A stretch of DNA of 64,000 nucleotides from Tricharina praecox (taxonomy: Eukaryota), in NCBI RefSeq assembly GCF_024521635.1, contig NW_026250412.1, positions 620,001 to 684,000 of the forward strand. Reading direction: 5' to 3'. Below the pieces are notes generated by a model, which was not told the origin of the DNA, did no database searches, and saw only the letters and a list, made by a program, of their open reading frames with translations. The stretch's first letter is position 1. Each line of letters opens with the position of its first letter. Below, piece by piece: positions 37,539-50,736 of this stretch. A program made the position numbers and the translations under genes.

Positions 37539-38004
37539 GGTGGGTTGCTCCTAGGTTGCGGGATGGAAAGGGAGGCATGTAAGCTAATGTCACACATGGG
37601 ATGCCAAGAACGTCAAAACTGCCCGCATTGTCTCGCACAAACTCGTTCCTGGCCTGTGTGCAGGGTAGGTTTCTTTCGTAGGGGTTTTCTTCTTATTCTT
37701 CTTTGAATGTACCCGAGTTATCACGGACAATGTGGGGTTGAGAACAGGGTCCAGGAAGATGTTGAGCTTTGCGTTGTGGGGCGGGGGTACTTCAGCAGCT
37801 ATCTTGCAACCAATGACCATCTCATCTCTTTCACCCTTTTGTCTATATATAAGAACACAACGAACGCTGGCAAAACAGACAGAGGAACAGGCAGCAGCAT
37901 CACACCCGTTATTACGCAATAGGTATAAGTCACGCCGATACACAGAACCGTCACCATCCCCCGAGCTCCAACCCACCACAGCCAACCGACCTTCCGACGC
38001 GCAA

Positions 38005-38746
38005 TCAATCGAACGGGGTGAGGAAAGCTTCGGCGACGAAACGGGCTCTCGCATTGAGCTGTACGGAACCCACCGGTTAGCCCGACCCATGGTGGGGAGC
38101 TTGTCCGAGCTCGGGAGGTAACTCACAAACAGCTTCATCTCGGAGATCTCCTTGTCGACCTCCTCCATGAAGTGGATGATGAAGTCCACCAGCTTGTGCT
38201 TCAACATCTGCTCGGTATGAAAGTTGGTGATCAAGAACGAGATGTCGTAACCCTTCAAATTCCCCCATCGTCAGCTAATCGCTCCTCACTCCCCCATCAT
38301 CATCCCCGTCACCAAGCACTGCCAGCATCACACACCTTAACCGCCTTCCTCCGCAGAATAAAGAAGTTCTCCGCACGTTGCGTCAAGAACCGAGTGAACT
38401 TGTGCACAAGGATATTCTCGATCTCGTCGGCCTGCTTGATCTTGATGGAAACACGGATCGAGTTGATCGACGGCTCAATGAGCACGCGCTCATGTTCGTT
38501 GCGGGAGACGGTGAGAGGATTCAGCAGCACCTCCGGAGATTTGCCGGCTTCGATCTCGGGCACATTGTGACGTTCCGCTGTTTGCGAGGCGAAGTCGCAG
38601 AGCGAGATGGCCGCCGTAAGGGATGACCGAACGCATTTTAGGTACGGACGCAGTGATTGGGACTATATTGTGAAGAAACGTGGATTAATGACGGGCTGGG
38701 GGTAAGGAGGAGATGGGGAATGGGCGGATGGGAAGGTGCGTACCAT
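38005..38746 (-). CDS. ARC19: Arp2/3 complex 20-kDa subunit (ARPC4/Arc19), 4 exons; first coding exon is the ATG alone
   Basis: [19 protein letters not shown]...ERHNVPEIE...[24 protein letters not shown]...[66 protein letters not shown]. Confidence 0.96.
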
Positions 38747-39244
38747 GGTTGCGGGCTGAAGAGATGGTGTTGTCGAGGTCCACCGTGTTGACGACAAGGC
38801 GGAGGTGGAGAGCTTGTGGAACGGCTAAGACGCCGGGCGCCAAGACTGTTGCACCGTATCATAGATTATCACTCTGATATCGGAAGTCAGTATCTCCGTC
38901 CATCTCAGGCTATGTCGCTCTTTTGTCTTCAACCCGAGCGGTGAACTTTATTTCAAAGGATACAGTTTTATGGTTCATCATGGAATTGGTATTGCTCGAT
39001 GGGCACTCTCGGTTTGGAGGTCCAAGAACGAGTATCCTATCCTTCCAAGATTGATTTAGAGTAGAGTTTGCATGTGCAAAAAGGAAACGATACTATGGAA
39101 CAACAGGCAACAACTTTCCATTCCGCTCGAGTGATGAATTGACAACCTCATTTCAATTCCCAATGACGTAATACATACAAGCCCAACTAACGACTTTCTC
39201 ACCACCGGTGCCTACCGTCTCAATCGCCGCCTCACGACACAATC

Positions 39245-40376
39245 ATGCCGCCCCTCCGCCCACTCTCCTACCTCCCACTCCGGCGTTTCGCTACCGCCTC
39301 TCCAGGCCCCGGCACTCCCGCCTTCCAAGTCTTCAACCGCCACACCAAGCTCCTGCAACGCCAGCGCGCCGCCATCTCCCCGCTCTCACGAACAACCGAC
39401 TACCTGCGCGACCACGTCGCCCGCGATCTCGTCGAGCGCCTACTTGTCCGTCCCATCCTGGGATCCACACAGTGCTGGGGGGGAGGCTAACAGGCTTAGA
39501 GGTGATCAACCGTCGCTTCCCACGCATCCTCGACCTCGGCGCGGGGGCCTGCAACATCGGGCGGGCACTTACGCTTCCGGTCGGCGATGGGGAGGGGCAG
39601 CCGGGCGAGAAGGTCGGAGACCGGGTGGAGAAATATGTTGCCGGCGAGGTCTCGGAGAAGCTGCTGTACCGCGACGTCGACGCGGACTGGAACCGCAACA
39701 TCGACGTGGAGCGCGTGGTCATGGATGAGGAGTCGCTGCCGTTCGATGAGGGGAGCTTCGATGCGGTGGTTTCGGCAGGGAGTATGCACTGGATCAATGA
39801 CCTCCCGCGCGCATTGAGGGAGGTGAATAGAGTGCTGAAACCGGATGCGCCGATTGTTGCGGCGATGTTCGGCGGTGATACGTTGTATGAACTCCGGACG
39901 TCGCTGCAGCTCGCCGAGCAGGAGAGGATGGGCGGTGTTAGTCCGCGGGTAAGCCCGCTGGCCGATACGAGGGATATGGGTGGGCTGCTGGATAAGGCGG
40001 GATTTAAGCTGCTGACTATTGATGTGGATGATGTGGTCATTGATTTTCCCGACGTGTTTGCGCTTATGCTGGATTTGCAGGCGATGGGGGAGGGGAATGC
40101 AGTCCTCGGCAGGAAAGAGGGGCAGGTGTCTCGGGATGTGCTCATGGCTGCTCAGGGGATTTATAAGGCGCTCCATGGGAATGAGGATGGGAGTCTGCCG
40201 GCGACGTTCAGGGTCATCTACATGGTTGGTTTGCTCCATATCATCCAGAAGATCTTGCTGCTGACAGTGGACAGATTGGTTGGAAGAAGGGCGAGAACCA
40301 GCCGAAGCCGATGGAGAGGGGGAGTGCACAGTTTTCGCTGAAAGATGCCCTGGACAAGGACAAGAACAAAAAATAA
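39245..40376 (+). CDS. Mitochondrial SAM-dependent methyltransferase-fold protein, complex I assembly factor NDUFAF5-like, 3 exons
   Basis: Presequence-like N-terminus; QVFNRHTKLLQRQR; DYLRD; LDLGAG; DEESLPF; MHWINDLP; GGDTLYELRTSLQLAEQERMGGVSPRVSPL; DLQAMGEGNA; LPATFRVIYM|IGWK. Confidence 0.92.
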
Positions 40377-40494
40377 ATGTCTTTACTTTCGAAATATGGA
40401 ATTGAAAACTGTACAAATATGCGGGTAAAAAGTAGAGTGGAATACATAACGAATTCTGGTGTCTATCAAGCCGATCACACACAAAACTTGCCCG

Positions 40495-41399
40495 CTACAC
40501 ACCCGGAACTCCCAATAGCATCCTGATATTGGGAAGGGACTTGAGTGCCCACATGTAAAGGGCAGCCCACTCGAACGTCGCGACGACTAATCCGGTGATC
40601 TGGTTGGCAATGTCAGTACAACGAAAGATGACGGGGCATGGGAAATGGAACGCACCTTCTCGGTCCATGTATGGAAGTAAACCCCCGTCATGAGCAACAT
40701 CCACCACCACATACCGAGCAAGCCCCAAACAGCGCCACTCTCGACACCTCCCCAGAAATCCGTGCTCAAAACCGGCAGAACCTCACTCCACAGAAAGAGA
40801 CTTGCGTGCGTCAACAGGAAGACATGTCCACTCAGATCATGCCCACCAGTCCACCTTCCGCCCTGGAGTTTGCAAGCCGCCGAAGTCAACAGCATCCCCC
40901 CCTTGCTCATCCCGTTATCGTTCGGATCCGCATTCGCCTTGTGGAGCACCTCGCACGCACCACCGGTAATCAAGAACGTCCGGTCCATAAGCGGAGGTCC
41001 GAAGAACCACTGGGTGACGCTGATCCACCAGACGGTTGCCAGCACCCATCTCAGGAGCGCCTTCGGCTTGCTCGAAGAGCGTAACCGGGACAGGTGCAGG
41101 AGGAACACGGCTGTGGTCCAGAACCACCCGAATTTTACGAAGACGACATTGATCAAGTTGCCTTTGTGACTGAAGTACGACTCGTTGGCGCTGGGCGACG
41201 GTGAGAGGAGGTAGAAGGCAGAGGCGAGCGCGAGCGTGGCCGGGTAGATTAGTGCTACTAGGTACTCGTTCGTTGAGGAGTGGATTCCGTGCCCGTAAGC
41301 CTGAGGCATCCGGAAAGAGGGCTCGGGCTCAGCATCGTCTTTTTCGCGGGTGAAGCCGTTTGTAGGTGATTTCTCGAAGGGTGATGGTGATGGGTTCAT
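40495..41399 (-). CDS. SCS3: FIT/Scs3 family acyl-CoA diphosphatase (fat storage-inducing transmembrane protein), 2 exons
   Basis: SYFSHKGNLINVVFVKFGWFWTT; TQWFFGPPLMDRTF; GGHDLSGHVFLL; WWWMLLMTGVYFHTWTEK|ITGL. Confidence 0.92.
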
Positions 41400-42893
41400 G
41401 GCGCATGTATTGTATCGTGATATCATGTATTGGAAGAATGGTATCGTAGGGTTGGAGCAGGACGAGGAGATGGTTTTGAGGTGGTTGGCGAACTGGCGTG
41501 GCTTTGGTTTCGTTCTTTGTTGGTGCCAGTCGGAACCGGGCAACTGGGCAGCAGCAGGACTGAGGACCTACGTCAACGCGATGCAGCCACGTGCTAAGAA
41601 CAAGTAGGATGTGTGTCCGTGTGGCGGGTGTGGCGGTGTCGGCTGAGGCGATGTGGCGGATAACCCTATCCCTGTCGTGCAAACTCCGGATGCCGGGCCC
41701 CACCACCGCACAATTTATGCAAGGCTGAACCCATCAACCCCACGCATATCCACGGAAGATCTCCAGTACCCAGTACGAAACGATTGGTGAGCGCTCTCTC
41801 TGAAGTCTGGAGGTGCCCGTTCCTATGCTTGAGACGATGGGAAGGTGGGTCGGCAAGATTGCCGGTGTGCTGTGATAGGGGAGTTGTCGCAGCTTAAGGC
41901 TTGCCAATCACTGTGAAGCCAGTGAAAGCGGCGGAAATGGGGGCTCACGGGATCGAATTACTTCTCTCGGGCTTTGGAGTAACCTCTGGGTCTTTCAGGA
42001 CAAACGCGAGCAGCCCTTCAATATTCGCACAGTTCTTGCAGCTCTTGTAGACTGCCCAGGGAGCTCAGCAGCTCTTGCGCGTCCAAATTCATGCAGCTTG
42101 CTTGCCTGCACGGCCATACCCGCAACACTGACCACTGGCGCTTCTATCTTAGCTGGGAACAATGACTTCGCTCCTCTGGACAGCGTCCGCTCAGTCCGCC
42201 AGTCTCTGGTACGGGATCGTTTGGCCATAGCCGGATACAAGGCCCACTATGCAACCGTCGGACGGCATCTACGTGTTGGTACTACATACTACTCCTACTG
42301 CTATTAGTATTGAGGACACAACTAAGCCGTGGGCTGAAGACCATTTCTCTGCAGTAAATACGGAGCATCGCCATTGCTTGCCCCTGCTCGAAATTCCAGA
42401 ATCGATATACACATGGATATCTACGCGTGTCATGCTCCGACATCCAGCAACGCCGAGTAGCGTGCCCACTTCACTCTGTGCGACGCCAATCCAACACCCA
42501 CATCATGGCAAACGATGCATATCGGGAGAGCAGAAACAGAAGCGGCGTGGGATTTTACCCTCATCCGGAGAGTAATACCTACAAAGTACTTCCTGCATGT
42601 GCGACGTTTTCTTCAGCGTTTTCTTCAGCGCTCTTCACCCCGCCTCGCCTCCTAAAAGTCCGTGTTCGTCAGTTTCATCTTCCATTTTAATAGTGCGCGC
42701 CGTGCCTCGCCTCTGAAACAAGCGCGGTCCAATTGCCTAGGCCTACGTCAATTGCAATCTCCTCCTGTCTTCTTCCTGCTTCCCGAGTCCCACAGCCCAG
42801 TCAGCGAATCTCATCTCCCTACAATACCACCGTCGTCCCCCTCGAACTCGACATCTCGACATTTCGACGATTCCGGTCACCACCTGAGCTCCT

Positions 42894-45286
42894 ATGGCGT
42901 TATCTCACTCTCTAGTACGGCACCTCCGGCCCTTGGCCAACTCTACGAGGATCCTACGCTCCACTACGAATGGCAGCAACGTTCTCGGAAACCAATCCTC
43001 GCGACGTACAGCGCCGATAGCGCTCGTCCTCCAATCACGATGGCAATCCGGGCCTCCGCAGCCGCCGTCGGCTGGCGGTGCGAGCGACTATCAATACGGT
43101 CCCGCAAACGATCTACAGCCGCAACCCCACACACAGCACAAGGGGGATGAAGACCACGGCAGCCCCCGAGGGAACGCAACAGGTGAAGCCGGAGAAGGGG
43201 GAGGCGACGGTAAAGGCGCAGGAACTCACAGCAACACCGCAGGCACGGCTTGGAAGATGTTCGAATCGGCGGCTACTACTGCTGCGTCGCTTTCGATTCT
43301 CGGGTATGCGTGCTTGGGGAAACGATGAGACGGGGGGATACTAACGTTGCGCCGTAGACTCGCGGGATACGGATACCACAAATACTACAAGCACCTCGTG
43401 CTTCAGAAGATCGACAATGCTTTCAATCAAGGCGATCCCGCGCTGAACCTCGCCCGAGCAGGCCACAACGACCCATGGTACAATTCCGAACCTTTAAATA
43501 ATTCAAGCGATGGCGGCGGTAGCAGAATAGAAGAGGCGGAAGAAGCAGAAGAGGACGATGGTGGTTGTTACAGCTTTGTCCCGTAGTTTCCCCAAAACTC
43601 CCCGTTACCTGACTATCCCTCCATGTATTATTATTCGATGAGGCGTACCCTCATTTTCCCCGGAGGAGAGATTGTCGCGTTCCGTGCTTCCTTCTCTTTT
43701 TCTGCGGATTGACGGAAATGGCTGCTGATGACTCGAACTGTCCAGGGTCGAGCTGAAGCAACAGGCGAGGCTGAACGATATCATCGATGGGAATGATCAC
43801 GGCCATTACTATCTACTCATTGGAGAGAAGGCTGGTTCTCAGTAGTGTTGTTGTGCGATAGTAGCTGAAGCTGACCGGTTTCAGGGAACGGGCAAAACCT
43901 CAATGCTTTTAAGGTATTTCTCGGAACCTGGCGTGGGACAGGAAGTAACTGAGCTGACGTGGATCGTTTTAGCGCCATGCATCGCACCCAAGGAGAAGCG
44001 TGTTCGATGATGGAGGCACATGCCGACCCGGAGATCTTCCGGCTGCGACTTGGGAAAGCATTGGACTTCGAGTTCCATGAGGATTACATTGGATCCCTCT
44101 TCTCTATCCGAGGCCCACGTGAAACCACCGCTTTGCTGGACATCGAACGAGCCTTCAACAAGCTGGAGAAGGTTGCATTGATGCGTCGGAAGAAGACCGG
44201 AAAGCCGCTGGTTATGATCATCAACGGGATGCACATGATCCACGACGACGAGGTCGGCAGGGATCTCTTGGAACTGCTGCAACAACGGGCCGAGGGGTGG
44301 GCTGCTGCGGGACTCGTTACTATGGTTTTCAACAGCGATGACTACTGGTAAGAGAACTAGGACGAGTCCGAGGCTGACAGCAGGGGCTAAATGTGTGGGA
44401 CAGGGTCTATGAGCGGATGAAGCAATATGGCTCGAGGATGGAACTGATCGCAGTTCGTGATCTATCCAAGCAGCAGGCCATTAAAGCACTAAAAGTGCTC
44501 AGGCGCAAGACCAGATTCGCCCTTCCCGAGGATGAGCAGCTCTTCAGTCAAGTGTACGATCTTGTCGGAGGCAGATTGGCATTTCTCACTAAGGTGGCGA
44601 AATCCGAGAACATGCTCAGAAAATGCCATGCCATTTGCCAGGCCGAGAAGACATGGTTCCTCGTTCGTTTGCCCACCCTCCCACGGCAGAGACGCTGGAG
44701 TAGCTGACATACGTAGAGCCAATGTTGGATCCTAGGTATGGAAATGGATGACGATGTCATGAACCAGCAGAAGTATGCGTCTTCGGCCATGCTGCTAGTC
44801 AAAGCCCTCGTCGATAAAGAAAACGAAGAGGGTGCTAAAAGCTCAGACGGTAAATTCGCCGAAAAGCTACCATCGATCCCAATGCACGAAGCAAGACAGA
44901 TCATGACACGTGCCGATTTCGTACAGCAGTATGACCACCACAACATCTTCACGATCGATTCCAAAGCCATGGTCCGAGCCGACAGTGTTCCGATGATGCA
45001 CGCTTTCCGTGACATCGTCAATGAGAACGTTGACGACAAGTCGTTCGCGGTATTTCTGGAAGAGACCATGGAGAGGATCAGCGATATCGAGAGCTTGGGG
45101 CGAACTCGCGAGGTCACCCTTAAGGACCTGTGGAACGGTGGAAAGTACAACTTTACTGTCAAGGACTCCAAGGGCCGGACCGACAAGACCCTCACTTTTG
45201 ACGTCTCGAGGGGCTTCAAGGGAATTCACGGTGACGAAACCGAGGGCGATGATGATGATGATGAGGAAGGTAATACCAAGAAGTAA
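42894..45286 (+). CDS. Uncharacterised conserved fungal P-loop ATPase, probably mitochondrial, about 7 exons
   Basis: Arg/Ser-rich presequence; TM-like MFESAATTAASLSILG|LAGYGYHKYYK; Walker A GEK|GTGKT after splicing; AHADPEIFRLRLGKALDFEFHEDYIGS; VGGRLAFL; GRTRE. Confidence 0.82.
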
Positions 45287-45990
45287 ACATGAAGTCCAGA
45301 ACCGGCCTTCCGAGGAGCGTATCAACGACATCGTTAGAGCGGTACTTTCGATCAACATGAGCGGTATACATATCCGCAACATTCAGCACATACATCCGGG
45401 AGGTTCGTTTCGCACTTTAAGCATCAACATTCGACACGGCGGCAAGGTTTCATTCACATCAATTATCGAGGAAGTCGTTTGCGAGCGGGGAGCAGAGTAA
45501 ACCGGGGCTTTCGCTTTCGCTTGTCAGCCCCGCAACCTACTAGCAGGGCGGGTTTTTTCTTCTTGTTTCGTTCGTTTTTACATTCCCGCCAACGGCAAAT
45601 ACTTGCATGCCGTTCATTCATTCATTTAATTTCATTTCATCTTTCTTTCTTCTGCACATAGAAATACCATAGGGTGGAGGGGAGTTATTGGTTTCAGTAA
45701 CTTGAACAGATGGGGGCTGTTACTGTATATACATTGTAGAGGTTGATATATCTATGTAGGTACCTATCTGTGTGGCCTTGTGATCTGTGGAGCGGATATC
45801 CACAAAGCTGATCGAACTCATTGGCGATCGTCGAGCGACTGCCAAATCAAGCACTGATACCCGTAGCATAGCAGTGGCGGGTTTTCTCGGTGCCGAGCCC
45901 TTGTGTGCTCTACCGTATGTACCGCCGGTCAGGTTCAGTCCCACCGCGCCGTGCACTGGCTATTTCGGATCCGTGCTGAATGGCCGCTTG

Positions 45991-46035
45991 CTTGGTCTCC
46001 GTCTTCTTGGTCTCCGTCTTCTTGGTCTCCATCTA
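45991..46035. repeat. Three 15-bp tandem units (cttggtctccgtctt)
   Basis: Seen directly, upstream of CLU1. Confidence 0.8.
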
Positions 46036-46477
46036 CTTCTCGCTCTAGTTCTAGCCACCGGTGCGCTGGTCGGAGAGACGGAGAAAAAGTTTCATGATAG
46101 TCGGTATGGTCGGTATGGCGGGGTTGTGGAATAAATTGTTTTCTCGGTTAGCCGGGATTTCCTGCTGCTGCAGAAGCAAGTACCACCACCAAACTCGGCT
46201 TACTCTTCAGACGACTCCCAAAAGTTTTTTTCTTCCCTCCCCCACAAATCTACACCTCTTCGTCTCTCACGAAACCTCACCTCTCTGCCAGTTCCACCTC
46301 CCCCCACGAACTATTACGAAAAAGCACTTCACTGTGCTGTTTCTTGTTTCCTTTTCTCCTCGCTCTGACCAAATAGACTCTTGGTGACCGCCACTACCTC
46401 TCCTCCGGGTTGTACACCTTATTTCCCAAAAACACCTTTCCCACAAACACCACAGAGCCGGCACTCTTCCGCACATC

Positions 46478-49400
46478 ATGGCCGACCAACAGGAACCTAA
46501 CAATGTCGGTAAGTTATATGAGTGCTGGTGTGCTTTCAGTTATTGGTGACTGCGGGTGTATACTTGTGGTGGGGTGTGCAGAGTAGTGCCGTTTGTGCGA
46601 TGCTTTGGTATGGGAGAATTGGTTCTAATTTGGACAACTGAACACAGAACTCGCGGCTGAGGCTGTCAATGCGAGTCAAAATGAAGAAGTTGCACCGGAA
46701 CCCCCGGTCCAGGACTGTGAGTGCAATTTGGAGATCTCGATTGACGACCCTCTCTTCCACGGCATTGCGGGGTAGTGGGGGGAAAAGCGACTGGGCTAAC
46801 CCATGATATCATCGTCTTAGTATTCCAATTGGCCGTCAAGCTACCTCATGCTCCTCATCAGATCCAGATTATGGTGCGAGCCATCCAATCTCATGTCCCA
46901 AAGCGACCTGCGGGCAACGGGCCGAAACTGACATTGCATCCAATTCGTAGGTGTCTACCCAAGAACAGGTGCAAGATATCCGCCAGTCGGTCATCGAGCT
47001 CCCCGGCACCTACCAATACTCTTGCTTCCACCTGGAACACGACGGGGTGCGAATCAATGACTACGTCGAACTTTCGGAGGTGCCCGGAATCGCGCCGAAC
47101 TCCGAGCTTGTCCTGGTCGAGGACCCGTACACAGAGAAGGAGGCTAGAATACATCTTCTCCGGACACGAGAGTTGATTGGCGCTGCGTCGGCTCGTATTG
47201 ACACCGCCGGCGGAATTGCTGCGGGAATGGCGCTCTTTGACGGCGTCGATACTGTCTGCGAAAACACCTCTCACCCATTAAGCAACTATGATTTCAATGC
47301 CCCTGCGTCGCTGGACCAGTTCCTGCCCCCTACATCGAAAACAACGGCCCCCAAGTGCGTGAGGGGTATCTGCCTCTCGCCATGGAACCCCCCTCCATAC
47401 TACCTCAGACAGAAGGGGCACTTGATTTACATCCAGTGCGCTACGCTGGAGGGAGAGCAGGTTCACATCACTTCGCACGTTTCCGGATTCTATGTCAACA
47501 ACTCGACTGGCCAGAAGTTTGACCCGACACCACGAACCAAACCCAAGACCATGCAGGCACACTCTCTGGTGACCCTTCTTGGCATGATAAGCCCATCGTT
47601 CGAGAAGGAGTTCCAGGCCCTGCAGGAGTTCAATTCCACCAGAGATCCTCTGATCACCTTCGGACCCACTAATGCCATTCCCGCGTCTCCATGGTTGGTT
47701 CCCGGCGCAGATGCTCAGCACAAGGCACACTCTGCCGACCTGGCCCGTCCGCAAGAGCAATACTTGATCGCAGGCGCCGAGGGTGTTGACTCTCTCCGCG
47801 ACTTCAACGAGGAGTTCCAGTCCACTAGGGAGTTGCCAAGGGACTCTGTCCAGGAGCGCGTTTTCCGTGAGCGGTTGTTGTCCAAGCTTTTCGCCGACTA
47901 CACCGAAGCCGCTGTTCGTGGTGCCGTCCTGATCGCCAAGGGCGAGATCGCTCCCCTGAACCCTACCGAGGGCCGCGATGCTCAGATCTACGTGTACAAC
48001 AACATCTTTTTCTCACACGGTGCCGATGGTGTTGGTACGTTCACCAGCGACGGTGGTGATGAGGCTGCCCGTGTAGCTACTGGAAAGGACGTCATGGGTG
48101 TCAAGGCTGTCAACTCTCTTGACATTCCCGGCCTCCAGACCCCCGGAACCGTGGTTGTGGACTACCTCGGACGTCGTTTGGTCGCGCAGAGCATTGTCCC
48201 CGGCATCTTCCGCCAGCGTGAGGAAGGCCAGAGCCAGATTGACTACGGTGGAGTTGAGGGCAAGGACATTGTCGCCACGAACGAGGAGTTCGTGCCGCTC
48301 TTTGACAAGATGAGCAAGGCCATGCGCGTGAAGCCCCACTCCGTCTGGGACAAGGAGGGCAAGAAGCACGACCTTGTCGCCTCGGTTGAGACCAAGGGTC
48401 TGCTGGGAACTGATGGCCGGAAATACGTTCTCGACTTGTACCGTATCACGCCTTTGGATATCGATTTCATTGAGAAGCACTGGAAGGGCGTCGATGACCC
48501 AACCGGCTACCCTCATAAGATGGCTGTCCTCAGACAAGAGCTTGTCGAAGCTTTCTGGAAGCTGAAGATGAGGGAGTACGTTAGTGCCCAGGTCAAGGCT
48601 CGCCAGGAGGCTAGAGACCAGGCGGACAAGGAGAAGGCTGAGGTTAAGGAGGGTGAGACTAAGGAGGGTGAGGCCAAGGAGGGTGAGGCCAAGGAGGGTG
48701 AGGCCAAGGAGGGTGAGGCTAAGGAGGGCGAGACTGCTGAGGTGGGTCATTCTTCTTTTCGGGAAATGGACAACGCTGACGATGCTGTGAAGAAGATCGA
48801 AGATAATGAGGAGGATAAGAAAGCGGAGACTCAGGACGACCGCATTGACATCTCTGGATTCGACTTCGCTCTCAACGCAGATGTGTGCAGCGGCCAGGAA
48901 CCTCAGACTGAGGAGGAGAAGGCACAGTGGGCGGCTGACGAGAAAGATGTCCAAGATGCATGTGCTTTCTTGGTTGAGAAGTGCATCCCTGGCTTGGTAA
49001 GTCATGAAACTTCTAGGAGTTCTTGGTGATTTATCGCTGACTTTTCGCAGATTGAGGACCTCAAGGAGGGCGACGTTGGATCCCCAATGGACGGTCACTC
49101 CCTCACTCGTCTCATGCACAAGCGTGGTATCAACATCCGCTACCTCGGATCGCTCGCCACTCTCGCCATCGAGCAGGGCTCCAAGCTTGCTTCTGTCAAG
49201 ATTTTGGCTGTCCAGGAGATGATCGCCCGTGCTGCTAAGCACATTCTTAACGCTCTCCTCCGTGGACTTCCCGGCCCTTTGGCCGCGTACGCTATCTCAC
49301 ACTTCCTCAACTGCTTCCTCGGTGCTACCGTCAACCCCAGCCCCCAGGTCGTCAAAGACGAGGCTCTGTGGAAGCTTTACCACGACGCCGACTTTAGCTT

Positions 49401-50736
49401 TGAGAGTCTGACCATTGAGAGTCTTCGGGCCCAGATCCAGAAGGAGGTGCAACGTCGCTTCCGCTACGAGCTTGAGGAGAACTGGGAAGCCAGTATTAAA
49501 CACCTCCAGATGCTCCGTGAGATTGCTCTAAAGATTGGTCTTCAGCTCCAGATCAAGGACTATGAGTTTGGTCCGGCTAAGCTCGAGACTTCCAAGGTCA
49601 ACAACGATGCTCCCGCTCCCGCTACCAATGGCAACGGAAAGGGTAAGAACAAGAAGAAGGGTTCTGTACCTAGTGGAGCCTCGAGCCCGGTCTACAAGGG
49701 ACCCACCACGACGTTTTCTCCCGAGGACATCATGAACATTGTTCCCCTTGTCAAGGATTCTTCTTCCAAGAGCCAGTTGGCCGAGGAGGCTCTTGAAGCT
49801 GGTCGTATTTCGATCATCCAGGACCAGAAGGAGCTCGGACAGGAACTTCTGCTTGAATCTCTGTCTCTGCATGAGCAGATCTACGGTGTGCTCCACCCCG
49901 AGGTTGCCCGCGTCTACAACACCCTCTCTATGCTGTACTACCAGCTCGACGAGAAGGCTGCTGCCGTCGAACTCGCTCGCAAGGCTGTCATCGTCTCGGA
50001 GCGAACCCTCGGTGTCGATTCGACTGAAACCATTCTCAACTACCTCAACCTTGGCTTGTTCGAGCATGCCAACGGTGATACCAAGGCTGCCTTGGCGTAC
50101 ATCAAGCACGCCTTCGGCTTTTGGAGAGTCATTTACGGTGACGGCCACCCAGACTCGGTCACCACCATGAACAACACCGCTGTAATGCTGCAGGCCCTGA
50201 AGCACTACACCGACTCCCGCAAATGGTTCGAAGCCTCCCTCGCCGTCTGCGAGGACATCTTCGGCAAGACCTCTGCCAACGCCGCCACCCTCTCCTTCCA
50301 GCTCGCCCAAGCCCTCGCTCTTGACAACGACTCTAAGGGCTCCGTTAACCGCATGCGCGATGCTTACAACATCTTCCTTGCCGAGCTCGGCCCCAATGAT
50401 CGCAACACCAAGGAGGCTGAGAACTGGCTTGAGCAGTTGACACAGAACGCCGTCGCCCTCGCCAAGCAGGCCAAGGAAACCGCTGCCCGCAGAAGACTCA
50501 TGAAGCCCCGCGTCACCATGTCTGTGAAACCTCAGTCGCAGGTTGGTCAAGGCACTGTCTCCTCCACCGGCCGCCTCGCCGATTCGGCTACTACTGGATC
50601 CGGCATGGGTGGAATGGACAGTCGCAGCATCGACGAGCTGCTCAAGTACATCGAGGGTGCCGAGACCCAGGGAAAGCCCAAGAGGATCACTGGAAAGGCT
50701 AACCCCAAGCGACGTGGCGCTTCATCGAGGAAGTAA
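46478..50736 (+). CDS. CLU1: Clustered mitochondria protein (Clu1/CLUH), about 6 exons
   Basis: LSPWNPPP..LRQKGHLIY; RDFNEEFQSTRELP...QERVFRER; DYLGRRLVAQSIVPGI; KGLLGTDGRKYVLDLYR; PMDGHSLTRLMHKRGINIRYLG; C-terminal TPRs; SIDELLKYIEG. Confidence 0.96.
48646..48735 (+). repeat. Coding 15-bp tandem repeat (KEGEA/T) x6 in CLU1
   Basis: aaggagggtgaggcc units read directly. Confidence 0.92.

Noticed and set aside
45289-45500. Open frame after the ATPase stop with beta-rich pseudo-repeats (LSINMSG / LSINIRHGG)
   Set aside because: No credible splice route or start links it to a gene; probably 3' UTR.
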